From positions 173,654 to 237,653 of the forward strand of contig DF237023.1 in assembly GCA_000708835.1 (NCBI GenBank): DNA of 64,000 bases. Reading direction: 5' to 3'. The position numbers and the translations under genes were made by a program. Numbering within the stretch: position 1 is the first letter of the stretch; each line of letters starts with the position of its first letter. The notes under the pieces are model-generated. The model was not told the DNA's origin. It saw only the letters and a list, made by a program, of their open reading frames with translations, and searched no databases. This DNA comes from Klebsormidium nitens (lineage: Eukaryota > Plantae > Klebsormidiophyceae). Shown here piece by piece: positions 13,158-26,515 of this stretch.

Positions 13158-14497
13158 TCTGCAAAATTTGCTGACATTCTGCACATGGGCCTGCATATTC
13201 CATAATCTGACCGCATGCAAGATTACGTGTGCGATGAAGCCCGAAAGGTGCATCCTGCCGGAGGGTTCACACCCATGCATGCGTGCATGTGATGACCGTC
13301 ACGTCAAACCCGGCCCGGTATGGATGCGCTTGTGCCTAGCTTTGGCCATCTGTATGGCACCAGCTCATCATCCTAGACCGACTAGCTAATCTGTGCATGC
13401 ATCGGACTACACTGCTCTGCGTTCAAGACTGACTCAGTGATCACGTGCACCAGACAAATCAAGTGCGATCTTAGAGGAATTGGATGGTCTATTTTTATTG
13501 GAGCCTACGAAGTTCAAACTGACGAGACGGTCAGGGCAGCCACAGCGCCGCGCCATCTGGCACGCAGATCCAACTCAGGCTGCCTACTTATGCACAACCC
13601 GCGGCCGCGGTTTAATGGCGCGGTTGCCAATTTTGCTCTTAGTAGAGCCCATGGGCTGCAAACGGTCTGACATGTTTCAATAGCTGCATCATACTAAATC
13701 CTGAATCTAAGTTAACTTCCGTTGAACAGTCGTGATCATTTGATCGTTCCGATGGTATACATGATCGAGCATTGTGTAGGGCGCGAACCATGCACTTGTG
13801 TGCCTAGCCTAGGCGCCCAAGGCTTAAGTTCATGCATGCCAGGTTAGTAGCTAACTTACAAGACAGGTCCACAGAGTCCGACCTAGTCCGATCGATTCAG
13901 TGTACGCACTTTGATTTGGTAAGGTAGCTAGACGTTCAAAACCCAAACAATTCCCATGTATGCCATGGAAGCCTATGGCCCATGTGGCTACGGCGTTTGA
14001 AAAGAGAACATCATTCAGACCGGCCTACTCCCTGCCTGATACGGATCATTGGAGGCGTACGAGATGCATTTAAGTGCAAGGGCTCCTTGCCACAAGATAA
14101 ACTTGCCAGAAGCGCCTGAGCCTCCAATGACTGGGCTAGATGTACACAGATTAACGACAATCAAGTTGACGTGGCTGCATAAGCAAACGTTGAGTAGCCG
14201 CCAACTAAGTTCAGAAGTCCTGTCCGTGTTGGGTGTGCCACTGCCGGTGCAGCAAATCCTGTACAACCTGCGATTATCCGTTGTGCATTTACTCCAAGTC
14301 TGCAACAAGCTTCAACGTCAACGTACTCAAACCCACTCTCTGACCGAGAACTACCATGTTTCAGTCGAGTGATTCACACGCCTATATCAATACTACGGCC
14401 CGTCTTGTGTCTGGAAAACCTGTTTACAAAGGCAACACATCCTGCGCACTAGCCCCTGCCGTGCACCTTTCGCAACATCCAACGAACAATCGGAAAA

Positions 14498-17400
14498 CTA
14501 GTCGTCGTCAGGTGCTGCCGGCCGGCACTCCAAGGTGCCCGAGAGGGGCGTTCTGCAGGTCGGGCAGGTGTTGCGCCGCTTCCTGTGCTCCGCTATGCAC
14601 TGCATGCAGTAGTCCGCGTGCACTGCGAAAGCGACAGAAAAGAAACGCGACTGGCTCAGAGATGCCTTCGTTGGGCAAAAGTGAGCAGAGGGCAGACACT
14701 GAAAGCTTTAACCAACAGTCCCAACTGTGAGTACTAAAACATAAGAGAGCGAAGGGACAGGACCGAACGAACGCGTAAACGCATGTTTCTCGGATTGCGA
14801 CACAGGCTGAATTTGTTATGCACAATTGGCGGCAACGAACGCTGGACTCATAGTCGTGCAGATCCGAAGCGCGATTCGGAGCAGACTTCAAGTTTCCCCC
14901 CTCTCAGTTTGTCAGCGGAAAGAACCCGCACAAGGTTCTGCGATTGCAAACTTGCGGAAATTGTAGAAGACTAAGGCCCATTTGCTGGTTAGGAGAGATA
15001 CTCACGACATGGTAAGAGGACAGCGTTCTTGGTCCTCGAGAAGCAGATCTTGCAGTTGTTGCGGTCTTTCTCCTTCTCCTGTGCGGCCGATGGGCATCAA
15101 GGGCGTCAGCAAGGTGTTAAGCCTGGACCCAGAGTCCTTCCTTTTTCGCCGACTTGCTTCCAATGGTCTCCGCGGCCGAACGACGGAGTGCCGACCAAAT
15201 GACAACAAGAAGAGCAACTCTTATCGAGTACTTCGCAGAAGCAGGGAGTCACTCCCGTCCATTAGAGAAGGAAGGCGCGTGGGCGTCCAATCGCTGCCGA
15301 ATCCTAGCTTGCTGAAATAGCGTGACAGCGTTGGATTTCCAAAGCACAGTCCAGACAGTACTCGTAGCGCCAAGACCGAAGGCTTCGTAGAAATATGACA
15401 CCCAAAAGCGGTTGGGGGCTTGACGACCTCATGTTTCTCGATATACAGTCAAGTGGTGTACAAGCTTTCGACCGTCTCTACTTCGGCGCCACTCCTTACC
15501 AGAGCCTCCTGCAGTCGCGTCATCTGCGCCTTGCACTGGTTCGCCTGGGTCTTCACAGCCGCCATCTGCATGCGGTGCGTCTCGGCAGCGATGGCCGCCT
15601 CCGTGCGGGCCCGCACCGCCTCCTCGAGATTTGCCGCCCTGAATGCGCGCAACAGCACACACGTGTCAAAGAGACTCTTGCAAGATCACGAGTCCAATCT
15701 TTGGGGTAAAGAGCTTCTTTGAAGCGGAAGAGAAGTCTACGGACTGCGGTTGTAGCCGGTAAACCCGTCGATCTTCAGACAGGCCAATCGCACGTGAGAA
15801 GCCAAATTGCAGACCATATTGCGAGGCCTCCAGTGTTGAAATGCGACTTGGAAGCTCGCAACTCGACAGGTTTTACCTGCTCGGTTTTACGTTTTACCAA
15901 GAGGCACAACCGGGTGCGGCGATGGCATTTAAAAAGCCAGGTTCATTGAACGAGATTGGACGAAGGCACGGGTCCAGATTGACTGGCCGTCGTGATGTCT
16001 ATCCAGCTTTGAGAGACAGACCACACTACTATCTCAGCGTAACATTGGCTCAGGGTAAAAGGCAGAGAAGATCTCTGTATCGTGGATTAGTCGTTGGACG
16101 CGGACCACACAAGATTGAATGGTTGGTCACTTTCGGAAGTAAAAATGTCGAAGATGCTCAGAAGTCTCAACCAGGGGCAAGAATCAAATGGAACACGGAT
16201 GGATGCAACGGCCAGTTGGGACTCGTCAACCTTAAGTGGTCCCCTATTGAATCTGGGTCCAGATGGCAATTGTGATTTGCAAAAGTGAAGACCAAAGGTG
16301 GGTTGGAACCACGGGTTCGAAAAAGAATTGCAGAGACCTCGCCTTTCTTCAGCTCAGCTGATGCCCTTTTTGTCCAAGATACAATCCCACGTTCTGGACA
16401 TAATACAAGACGCCAAAAACCCAACTCCGTCGAAGGACGACTCAGCCTCTTCTTCCAAGCGAGAAGCCTCATTTCAATCGTGCTTCTTCCACAGTAACCT
16501 TCGAAGCAGCGGGTTCGGGTCCTCATGACAGGCCGAACATATGGAATTTCTAAAACTTCCATTTCGACCAGAACGTCCAGATGACCAGTATGACTCAACT
16601 TTGTATGACAACACTTCACCGACGCTTTCGAACTCCGATTTGCTCACCTTTCAATCTCCATTGCCATCTGCATGCCTTGATGGACATTCTCGAGTAGCTG
16701 CTGCGTCGCGTACTGCACCTGCGCCATCTGCGCGTAGGTCGCTTGGAAGAACGCCTGGTCGTCCACGAGCCACTGTGCACTGCATAAGAACCATGGTCGG
16801 CGTCACATGCACTTCAGAAAAGTTGGTAAGTCCCTATGGGCCTGCATATGGCTTGTCGTTGAAGGAACAGGTCACTGGTTGACCATCCTTGGTTAAGCCT
16901 TGGTTACGCATTGGGTAAGCATCCAAGAAAACAGCACAACCAAACTTGAGCCCACCCAGCGCATGTCAGGTGCAAGCCCAGGATGCTTGCAATTTTTTGA
17001 GCTTTTGCAAAGCAAGCACATGACTGTTTTTAAGCCTTGACGCTTCTGAGCAGCCCCGGCAAAAGTGCGATGACTTTATTTTGAAAAATTGCAACTAAAT
17101 ATACATCCTTCACAAATCGAAGTGGTGCAGAACGGGGCAAGGATTGGCGAGAGCTCTCCCGACGAACCTTTCCATGCTGACAAGAACTCCCTGCACAGTT
17201 CCACTTCCTGGCACGAGTGCGCTCATTCCAACAGCCATCATTTGTATGACTCTGCTTACCCTTCTCTCACAATCTGGGCCAGACGGTGGCGGTCAGTGTC
17301 TATCCCCACATCTTGCATGTCCTGCTGCAGCGCAAAGTTCTCCGCGCGCTCAGCTTCAGCGGCCAACTCTGCATCTCGCTGCGCGGTCTCCCAGTCCTGT

Positions 17401-18190
17401 AGCTCTTTCTCCTGGTCGAACTCCTGTGAGCAGACAGGGGGCGTGTCTGGGGGATACTCGCTGAGAGTCATAAGGAAAGCAGCAATTGGCCACTGAGAAT
17501 GTGCCACATGCGCGAAGCTAGATGACCTAAAAAGAACTCAATCTGCAAGTACCGCAGATGGGTGATCAGATAGGTGTAGTCATTGACTGAAAGCTGCTTT
17601 TGGGGTCGTGAAGTTGGCGTAGTACCGTACCATGAGAAAGATTGTCCTTTGGAGCCAATAGCTTAGACCTCCTTATGGAATTGTGTCTGTATCTAATAGC
17701 TGGGGAGAGAGCCACTAGTCCAGAAAGGGCTTCCTGCACAGTTGAAGGGCACCACAACTGGACCACACGGAGATACATACCTCAGCTTCTGGATCAATAA
17801 AGTCCATCATGTCGATCTCGTCCGGTTCCACAAGACCCAGGAACAGCGCTTCTTCCTCTTCCTGCGTTGCCAGTTCCGCTTCCTCTTCCTCAGTTGCTTG
17901 CCTCCTCAAAGCATTCTGAACTGCACCTGCTGGCTGGGGAATCATAGGCCCTTCCCCATTGTGCACATTCACACCATGCCCGTTCGCACCGTGCGCATTC
18001 GCCCCAGCAGAGCCCCCAGCTGCAGCAGAGCTTGTACCTGCGTCAAGCCCTGCTCTATGCCTCTGTGTGAAAGCCAGCCTCGCGTGGGCCAATTCAGCTA
18101 ATGCTGTTAGTGCCGCGTGCCCTGCAGGAAACTGGCCTGCCATCGCCCTCAGCTCATCAACTTCGGAATTCTTCACCTGAGTCTTTTCAC
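14498..18190 (-). CDS. Coiled-coil protein with C-terminal RING-HC finger (putative E3 ubiquitin ligase); 5' end not resolved
   Basis: Exons ~18190/18176-17781, 17423-17260, 16779-16648, 15638-15500, 15078-15006, 14622-14498; junction phases are consistent. The C-terminus reads CKICFSRTKNAVLLPCLHADYCMQCIAEHRKRRNTCPTC, preceded by A/E/Q-rich helical exons. The start exon was not found. Confidence 0.8.
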
Positions 18191-18855
18191 CTGATTTATG
18201 TTGCAGCCATAGCACGTTCAGAACCTTGCAGGAGCTTGGTGGCCGTCAACGTGGAGCTAGAACAACAAGGAAGGTCTGCCTGAGTGCTGAAGGGTCAGCT
18301 TGCTGCCAATTGGGCGCTCAGGTTTGCAGAAGCAACCACATACATACTAGAAGTCGGAGCCAGTGTCTTCCCAGCGCCCGGATAATGATACCTAGGAAAG
18401 GAGGGGCACCTAGCAGGGGCGCCTGTGACCTTTCCTGTGCTTCTTGCATGGTGAAATCAGCTGAGGTGCATTTTGGCAATTTTTGCTTTGTAATAGGTTC
18501 GCTCCCGTGCACGCCCTCGTTCCAATAAGACGACAGTACCGGTAAGATAAGATCTTATTGCTAGTCGACAGAATTTTGACTGATTTTCAAGAGGGCCCTG
18601 ACAGATATTTCCGTCTGTCCATGAAGGGTGTGGATGGCAAAAAAGAGGACTTCTTATCTGCTTATAGATTCTGTTGGGTCAAATATATTGAGCCAAGTTT
18701 GTCATAGACTGTCTCTCCATTCCTGCCCACTTTCTCTCGATTTCACGGTGCTCTTTGATGCATGTGCTTGCCATTGGTCAGACCAGGGCGTCCTTTCGGA
18801 GACAGATCCGTGCTCTGTGCAGGGCGTTGGGAGGACAAAAGTAAAGCAGGCAATC

Positions 18856-21800
18856 ATGGCAAAGCCGGAAGACTCTGTGGTTGCTACCTTGTCCAAATCG
18901 GCGGACGAGGCACGTGCGTGGTTCAATGATAATGTGCGGGGACAGAACGATCAAGTGGATCAGGTCCTGAAACAAGTGGATAGTGGGAGAGCAGCAGTAA
19001 TGGAGCAGGCTGCAATTGCTACAAAAGTAGCTTCAGAGCAGGTGGAAGAAGCAAAGGTAAGGTTGATTCGCAAATCCACGCAAACCTTGGATTGTGCTTT
19101 TATTGGCTGTCTGATAAAAGAGTGCTTCAATTGCAGCAAGAGTTATGAAATAGCACACGCTTTGTGTCTGGCTGCGTACGCATGTGTTGGGGAAATATCA
19201 GGGCCACAACGAATCGGAAAGAGATAGGACACTTTCTTAACCGTACGCCGAATGCCGCAGTTGGCTTGTTCGTTTTGGGTCAGGATCTCGAGTTGAGGCC
19301 ATGCATGAAGCCAGACTGCCAGAAGCAAATACTTGCTGATTGGATTGGTGGTCGAGCACCTATCGGGAAGGCCAACTATGAGACGATTACAGTATCTTGA
19401 GCAGTTGCTGTAGTAGGGAGGCCAACTCTGAAACAGTCACAGTTTCTTGAGCAGTTGCTGTAGGTCCCACTTTCCTACAGGGCTGTCTGCAAAAGCTGTG
19501 AAGGTTTGCAAGGGTGGCGCTTTGAAGTAACTAAGCCCGTCGATTACGCCGGACACGTGTGCTTATCGAGAGGTTCATGATGGTCGTGTTCTGCCCTTCA
19601 CAGACCTTCGTGAACAAGTCCGCGGAAGTGTACAAGCAGTATGAGAACCTTGTGTTCGACCACCTGCAAAGTAAGGTCCCATCAATCTGCCCGTCCAATT
19701 GTCATGCCCCGATCGCTGTTTAATTGAGATCTTGCTCAGCTGTTGTTCTGATGAGGGGCTAAGTACATGGACTGATATCCCCCTCATAGCCGTGCTTGTT
19801 GTTGTACTATTGTACTTCTCCGTTTCTTCGTGCGTCAATCTCTGTTGTGCCCCTGATAACTGGGGCTCCGCATGAGCAATCTTCCACGGCCACTCCCTGC
19901 AATTGAGACACCACTGACCGAGTCTTTGGGACGGCTAACTTGAAAAGTACAGGATTGTAAACAGCGCCCAATTTGCCTGCACCTCATTTGTATGTCTCAT
20001 GAGTCAAGATTCACCATTCTTGATGACTGTGGAAGCAACTGCTTGGAGTAAAAAGGCGACATTGGTATGCAGACTGATGTCCCCCTTCCGCTCCTTGACA
20101 GAGGGTGTGTACTGGTCTTTTTCCCACCCTTTTGCGGCTGGTGCCTCCAGTCTCCTGCTCCTATCAGTGGTGGCGAAAGGTCAGTCCCTGATGTGCTTGA
20201 CATTCGGATCCCTGCTGACACACTTTCAAGGGACCATACAGAGCACGGGTACTTGTATCCTTGGCCTTTTGCCGTTTTCAATACGAAGTGGTGTCGCTTC
20301 TTCCTTGGATGTTAGCATGAGTATAGTGTGCCCGTTTTTTTGCTTCTGGTTGCCTTCTCGTGGCTTCCCATGGCTCGGTTGACGGCTTGTTTGAGCAGGT
20401 GACCATGACAATCCGTCGGGCTGTCCTTTGCTTCACTTGCTTCATGCCCCAGTCGTTCGGACGTCCTACCAGAGCATCAGACAAGAAGGATCGGCCAGTC
20501 ACTCAAGTCCTTTCTCTACAGGTCCCAGGCGCTTCCTGGTTCGGAACACAGTTGGACGATTCTGGAATGAAGAAGTAAGCAAATTCATGTCAACTGCAAG
20601 GTTTGGACTTTGAGTGGGCCTCTGAACGCTCAGAGCGGGCAAGTTCGGATTCAGAATTCAGAAAAGTTGCATCTGTTTCAAAGCCTTGCAATTGTGTTCT
20701 GGACAGTGACTTTGTCGACTTATGGTTTGCAGAATATCTCGTCCAGCCATCCGAAACTCCACACGTTATGTGTACTCCTTCCGTTTGGCAACTGGACTGT
20801 TTTTGGTGTTCTTGTTCTGTTCCTTATGCTTGCTTGCGGATATGCATGACCGACTTTTCTTAAAGCTTCACAAGCAGTCTAGGCATGGTCCAACCTTGTG
20901 GAAACAAGCTTTTCTGATTATCTGAGGCAACTCTCTGTCACAAAATCCTGGTTCTCCACAACATGAAACGAGAAGGCACATGGAACACCAACGTTCGTAC
21001 CAGGCTCGACATTTGCTGCTGCATAGAGGCTTGAGTCTCAAGTCATTAGTTGATCGTCCCTTCTCTGAAAGCTACATGCCTTTGCTTTTGCAGGCGCTTC
21101 TCAGCAGTGCGGAGCGAAGAGTGGAAGCGCTGCGGCAGGACGTGGGGCTGCTGAAGCAAGAGCGAGAAAAGCTGGATGTGAGCTGCAGACATTTCTTCTC
21201 GTATTCCGGGTGAATCGCCCCTGTTATTGTTTGGTTGTACCTAGTGAAAGCAGATGGAATTGTGTCCGCTCGGCTGTTATTGTTGTTGGACCAACTCACG
21301 TGGCGGCCGAGTGACGCACTCTCAGATTTGGCGTGGTCCAAGTGGTGTTTTATTCGACAGGTCGTTTTGCGTTTTCAAATACCTAGGCAGGTACGTACCT
21401 CCACCTTGAGGTACATCCTGCAGGCGTCGCGTCAACTCAGATCGTCTGCGTCTACAGATGAACCCCTTGCAACCCGTATCTTCTTGTCTACTCCTCATCA
21501 CTGGGATCGATCAGGGCTTCTGTCAATATGCTACGAAGACTCAATGGTGATCAAAGTCTTCAATGCAAGACCTTTTTCTTGGAAACGAGGCCGACTGCCG
21601 TGACAACCTGTTCTCTGGTCATAACGCGTCCTGACGCAAACAACTGTCGTTCGTCGCAGGAACGAGTAAATCTCGGGTTGGTGGAGTTCCAGTCGGGGTA
21701 CCAAAAGTTGAGGTGAGAGACGGTGTCCGGTACTCGCTTTGTTGCTTTTATTGCTTCTATCACGAGACCGCCGTGCTCAGCAATGGACGCACCGTTTTCC

Positions 21801-23407
21801 GCTTTCTACTTCAGAGTGGTTGACGATATTTTACCTTCACTTTCGGGGGCCCGGGGTCCTGGGACTCGAGATGTCAAAAGGCACCTGTTTTCGCCTGCCA
21901 CCCTGGATTGGAATGGAAGTACTCGTGTCGAACTGAACGACGACGCGGGACTGATCAGGAGATTGAAAGTCGTTACGGCGATTCTAATGGGCTGATTGGT
22001 GCTCATTATGTAGCTGTTGTGCGTCATCTTATTGGAGATCTCGTGGAATCGGACTTCGGGCACCAAAGTTTTGCGAACCAGTCCACCATGTGACGCCACG
22101 TGATCACAGGGCTTCCCTTCTGCGTTCGGGCATGAAGCAAGTTTACCCGACGCTTGCGTGGCATCCTGATTCCTTGTCTGGGCTTCCTTCGTCCTTCGGC
22201 ACTTTCGTCGACCGACATTCTCGAACACCGCAGCTTGGCATAGTACAATGTTAGTATGGCTAGAGTCACCTCGCTTGCTTTGCTCGAAGAATAACTATCC
22301 GAAACTGTGTTCCAACTGAGAAAACGAACCAGAAGGGGTTCCTCAGGCAGTGGACAAAAGATTTTTACCCGCCTTCTTTTGCTGTCGTGTCGGCTCTCAT
22401 CTTACCTGTTTTAAGTCGCATGAAACAAGTCTTTCCTGATGCTGTGCTCTTAGCGCGTGAGACTTGAAGGAACTGTTCACTTTCGCCTTTCACACTGATC
22501 TTTCTTTGTGCAGAGACGCTGGGGCGCGGGTGTCAAGCTTATCGAGGACGGTCATGAAGACTGAGAACAGGGCGGCCGGTAAGCCAGACCCGACCTGGTC
22601 TTTGGCCGCAGTTTCGTCTCGATCAAAAGTCGTTTTGTGTGCAGTCTGTTCAGTTTGATCGGGCGTACGAGCCTCAACCACTCAACTGACAAATAACGGA
22701 ACAGCAGTCCTTCACGCAATTCAGCGGTGTTTGATGTTCTGAATTGGGCACAAAGCGAACCAACGCCTTGGCAGCGTTAGTGGGCGCGCCGCCAGCTTCT
22801 TTTTCGAGACGAAGTTCGAAGCCTCTCTGAGATTTGCCGTACTCGGACTGTTCCTTGTAGAGCTTGATTTGCGTTGGCCTTGTGCAGGTCTCAAAGACGA
22901 TCTGAGGGAACTTCCTGCAAGGCAGGCCATCAAGTTACGAGCAGATGTAAGCGCAGCACGCACGCACTCACTTACAGGCGTTTGTGGGACCCGTTGTAGG
23001 GTCCGCGCAGTTGCTCCAAGCTTTCCGGATCTCTATAAAGGAGTGAAGACTCAACTCCAAGGAACTCGGTTGATCCAAAACGCCCTTGTGCGTTCTGCTT
23101 GCATGTCTCTACGATTGCTGTTTTGTTGTATCGTTGTATATGACCAGGGCCGGGCCCCTTCATGGGGGCAGCAGCATCTTGAATCTCACACGTCCGAAAT
23201 GGTTTCTTGCAAGTAAGCTCGCCGTTTGCGGTAGTCATGCTGAGCTTGTGCTGAACGGAGTGTCCGAGTACTTTTTGGGCAGCGAAGGCATTTGATAGCT
23301 TTTGCTGATTGGCGCAGGTGGCAACATTGGAAGCGGAAGCACACGCTTACCGGAAAGCTTTGGAGAAACGGTTAGCAAGCTTAGCTCGGCTACAGGTTCC
23401 AATATGA
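18856..23407 (+). CDS. RGS1-HXK1-interacting protein 1 (RHIP1)-like coiled-coil protein
   Basis: Nine phase-consistent exons: 18856-19056, 19604-19670, 20102-20179, 20522-20574, 21094-21177, 21660-21712, 22514-22578, 22888-22946, 23318-23407. Motifs: YKQYENLVFDHL, SHP plus hydrophobic stretch, GPRRFLVRNTVGRFWNEE, GLKDDLRELPARQAIKLRADVA, C-terminal LQVPI. Confidence 0.82.
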
Positions 23408-23788
23408 GCAGAAAGACTCCAGGAGCTTCGATTAATGCATAGATTTCGCCTTATCTAATTCTGGTTTTCATGAGTTTGTCCAACCTGCCACGATTATGAT
23501 CGGAAGCACTAGCCAAAGAAGACTGACAAAACCATAGCGACACCTTGGCCAATGTTGAGACCGCTGGGGAACTTTGAAGCCGTTCAATTGATTGGCTATG
23601 GGTGCCTCGTTTCGGAGACCCGTATTTAGAGACCCGTATCCCGAAAGTGCATGAAGTATACTACAATCGTGGCACAAGTCAATATCACAATTCTGTCAGC
23701 TCTATCCTTCGATCACGACTAGACTAAGAGGTTAGCTTGTGATTGACAATCTAATAATGTGAACTTAGTGCATGGGCTGTTGAGACAT

Positions 23789-23846
23789 GTTGAGTTGATC
23801 AGATTCACTTGAGAAACGTTGAGTTGATCAGATTCACTTGAGAAAC
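23789..23846. repeat. Perfect 29-bp tandem duplication
   Basis: gttgagttgatcagattcacttgagaaac occurs at 23789-23817 and 23818-23846. Confidence 0.9.
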
Positions 23847-24588
23847 AAACAAAACGAGTCCATCGACTAGCAATTGAGAAGATTCATGTGCATTGAGATT
23901 TTCCTTCAGTTACTCAAATGACAGTTGGGTGCCACAGCCCGACTTTCGATTGCAGTGACAAGGGCCGGAGTACGCGGGACGCGCGTTTCGACGCAGCCGC
24001 CTTGATCTGGAAAGAGAAAGCAGCTGGATCTGGAGAGAGAAACACCGATATAGCATCCAATCCTATGACCGACTGCATGCATGATGTGCTTGTTACGATA
24101 TACATCGTTTTTGCATCGAAGGCCCGGAGCGGACTCATACCAACGAAGCATCATGTGAGATTCGAGAGCATGTCCATCAGCTCCACTCAAGTGCGCTTAT
24201 GTCTTCATATGGACGTAGAAGAGCAGTGCAGATTTGCATTGATTGAACAATTTCATTTGAAGTCAAGTGCCGCGAAACAATCAATGATACCTTCACCTTC
24301 ATGAAGGTATTCAACCTTTTCTAGCCGTATGCAATGAAAGGCTCTTGCAGGGCACATGCCTGATATACCTAGATAATAGATTTACCTAGGTATTTCCGCC
24401 TCGTTTCCAACGATCAGTGACAATACTTATCACTATCCCGTGTTGACCTGTGCATGGCAGGCCGGGCACTGGCGTGACTGGGGCGTCACTGGGCATGCTA
24501 CCGTAGAATTATCCGTCGGAAGCAGTGGCCGTGCAGGGGCCCGGCCGCACTGGTGACTGCACATACGGTACCTACTACCTATGCACAT

Positions 24589-24623
24589 TGCACAGTGCAC
24601 AGTGCACAGTGCACGGTACACAG
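24589..24623. repeat. 7-mer tandem repeat (TGCACAG)n
   Basis: tgcacag x3, followed by tgcacgg and tacacag. Confidence 0.8.
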
Positions 24624-24786
24624 TGCGCACGCCGCAGTGAGGTCCGCATGTTGTCACAGACGGTCCACTGGAGTCGGCCCCGGCGCCGGGGCGGTCAGCC
24701 GGACTCGAAGATTTTGCCAGGACTTGAGTGCCCCCGGAGAACCCGGCACGGGTCGTCCGCCTCCAGCTTGTACACTGTCCAGTGTC

Positions 24787-25189
24787 CACCCGGGAGGGCG
24801 GGTATGGAGAATAGGGACCAACATTCCTGATCTCCGGTAAACTTCCCGATCTGGGGACCGGTGACCTTGTACGGCCGAGTCACACCGGGCCCGAAATAGA
24901 ATCTGAGCCTTCCGTTTGCATCGGACGGCACTTGCCGACCAAAGTCAGACTCTGTTCGAGCCTCGGGGGGCATGTCATAGGCAGTCTTGAACCCCCTGTC
25001 GCAGCTTCCTGAGATCAAGTTGACATTTCGATCACCGGGTGCTTGGACTTTTACGTGGCTGTCAAGAGGGGGTACGGCACAGACCGAATACCACCCCCTA
25101 CAGTGGCTTCCTGAGATCAGGAACGTCCCGAGATCCGGAACCTGAGATCAAGTTCTGGTCCCTATTCTCCATACCCGCCCTCCCCGGTG
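24787..25189. mobile_element. Non-autonomous TIR element (403 bp) with ~34-bp TIRs and subterminal GAGATC(A/C)GGAA-type repeats
   Basis: 24792-24820 (gggagggcgggtatggagaatagggacca) is the exact reverse complement of 25156-25184, extendable to CACC...GGTG ends. Repeated ctgagatca/gagatccggaa units lie near the right end and inverted copies near the left end. No TSD seen. Confidence 0.7.
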
Positions 25190-26515
25190 AGTCGTGACCG
25201 CACTGCGCAGTAGCCGGTAGGTACCTACCTAGTCATGCTTTACGACTCCCTGGGTACCGCAGTACCGTACCTTAGGTACCACTCGTGACTCGGGAGTCAT
25301 GGGAGTCGTATCCGACCGACCGCCCCATGCATCTGTTTGTACGGTAGTATGTACGGTCCGATAACGCAGGCTGGTTCCAGCCCACGACGTACCTACTAGG
25401 TAAACTACCAAGGTACCTACTTACTACTTGGTACCTGCCGTACCTAGATAATAAGCTCGCCACCTTTCATCCGGGGCCCAGGTGGGCCCATTTAGAAACT
25501 CTGATATTAATTCTGAGAGGTTTGGCTAACCAGAACATCGCCGCTACTAGAAAATTCACGGGTTCAAGGTCGGCAAAGATTGGAATCATATTAATCATAT
25601 TCGCGTCGCCCACTGGTAAATTCTTTCTGATACGCCGGTACCACGGTACTCACGAGTCACAGCTCACGAGTCACGAATCACAACTCGAGTCAGTTTGGTT
25701 TGGTCGAATGGTGTGCGCGAAACCGTCATCCACCGTGTTGCGCTCACGCTAAACTTTCTCTCTAATTAGCCGTTCGATGTTCCATCTGGACGATCTAGCG
25801 GCGTATTATCGCGCTGGTTGGAGCGTAATACAACTATAACAAGGTTGGTTGCCCTTCCGACCGCGTTAAAACGTAAGTTGACACCCGCTCCGAGTAATCC
25901 GGAGGCATGTACGCACAGGCACACACCATGCATGCACACGTACTTCACGCAACTGGACAGGCAGATTCTACGAGTGTTGTACAGAAAGTCCGCCCAAGCA
26001 AGGCCCAAGCACGCGGTCATGCACTACACCTCACGAGCAATGTTCACTTGCTATCAATCAATCATGACTTGTTGACCTTGGAGTGCCCCACTCTCTTGAG
26101 CACAGAGGCCCCATGGAGCTGGAACTAAGCTTCCCAGCCTCCAGGGTGTGTTCAAGACATCATTGACGGATTAAGAAACGCAGCAAGCATGGCGCGTGTG
26201 TGCGATCCCGCAGCTTCCGCACACAGTGTGGCGGCCAGTGTAGGCCGCAGTCAGCAAAGCCTGAAAGGGTGCTGGATGGCATCCTGCAACGTGACAGCTT
26301 TCGTCTCCCGAAAGGTGGATACTCTGCGTTGGAGTAACCAAGCTTGCACTCCCACCATATAAGACCCACCTTCTCCCCCTGTCTCATATAAAACCCTCCA
26401 GCTTTTTTACCTCCCCCTCATTTCCAAAAGAAGTGTTGCACACCTTCAACTAGAGCAGGTCCTTCCAGCTGATCCCCAGCTGCAACCTGCGCCCCCCCAT
26501 TCCTCACCCGTGAAA

